A stretch of 64,000 bases of DNA, from NCBI GenBank assembly GCA_030704615.1, contig CM060732.1:6324001-6388000 (forward strand), read 5' to 3'. This document shows, piece by piece, positions 62,985-64,000 of the stretch (position 1 is its first letter; every line of letters starts with the position of its first letter). The position numbers were made by a program, and so were the translations under genes. Below the pieces are notes generated by a model that made no database searches, was not told the origin of the DNA, and saw only the letters and a program-made list of their open reading frames with translations. Origin of the DNA: Takakia lepidozioides (taxonomy: Eukaryota > Plantae > Bryophyta).

Positions 62985-64000
62985 TGACCGCCGGTCGCGG
63001 GAGCGCGCCAAGCTGAGAGCGACCGGACATAGCAGGTCGCAATACTGGGGCCAGCAGAGGGAGACCGGCCAGTCATGGAGTACGTGGCAGGAATCGGCCA
63101 GAGACGTTCAAGATGCATGCACAAGTATTCCAATCCTTCATTGCTTTCACAAGGAATGAACACAATTTTAAGTAAATCTGGACTAAAGTTTGGTCCAGAA
63201 ATAAGGAGAAATATCTGAATATGTATTTTTAAACCATTTAAATGAATTTAAATTGATCGTTTTAAATATAAATATAAAGATATAATAATTATTTGTCTAT
63301 TAATATATAATATGAGCAATAAAAAAACATTATGTATAAACTTAAGGAGAAAAAGCAGTTTCTATTTGGCTCATAAAGCAAGTTCCACTGTTCACTCGAC
63401 GTTTAGTAAGAGTTGCATGAGATACCAACAGTCAGTAGCTCAGTTGGTGAAGTGCACTGAGTGCCACCAAGATGATTATGGGGTCTACTGACGAGTGTGG
63501 TATGTTCTTGGGTGGTGTCCCATTCCAACGCCACATGGCGGGGTTACTGTGAAAGAGGTTATACTATTAAGGGGGCCTGATTTGCAAGCTGTCGCTCCTA
63601 GGTGTTTCCATTACATTAAAAAATAAATTAAAAAAACGGGTGTCGGGTGATAACTCGTCTCATGATCCGCGGCCTGATGGATGATTGGAGCACTAGTCAT
63701 ATTCGTAACCGCGACTGAGATTACGAAGGCCGTTACTATGTAACGTACAAGACAAATCAATCAAATATGTCAACAAAACATGGCACAATGACACAATACC
63801 ATGAAATGAAATGAAAGACAATGGGGAGACATTGATGATAAACAACCAGGTTTTATTTCAGAACCATGTCAATTTGAGTAAGTCTCGCCCCATGCGGCAT
63901 GGACCAATACAAGTAACGTAAACCATGTCAATTAGAGTATCAACTTCTAGAAGGAGGGCTGAACTCTGTTAGCACAAGACGATGTCGGCCGACGTACTTA

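Noticed and set aside
63434-63485. tRNA gene (TAGCTCAGTTGGT A-box; similar fragments at 23900, 26250 and 47142)
   Set aside because: No cloverleaf or intact T-arm could be built; at most SINE remnants.

Overview
Eukaryotic, intron-containing, almost wholly transposon-derived DNA, most consistent with a non-seed land plant (Tcn1-like and tRNA-iMet chromoviruses, non-chromoviral Ty3/gypsy pieces, L1 LINE, Helitron ends, hAT, Sola-like and Harbinger-like remnants, a frameshifted F-box gene, an RNA polymerase I second-subunit pseudogene). Main result: a Mutator-like transposase (GCM-like Zn DNA-binding domain, DDE core, SWIM) occurs twice, and each time it lies next to a multi-exon gene fusing a ParB/Srx-like domain (WDGNHRL) to a beta-class N4C/N6A amino-methyltransferase fold. 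In copy 1, two introns carry 11 copies of a 22-bp palindrome. Copy 2 is cut inside the WDG/RL motif by an apparent ~19.3-kb inversion. All copies here are damaged, so function is inferred, not shown. Domain calls come from manual translation and motif recognition, with no database searches.
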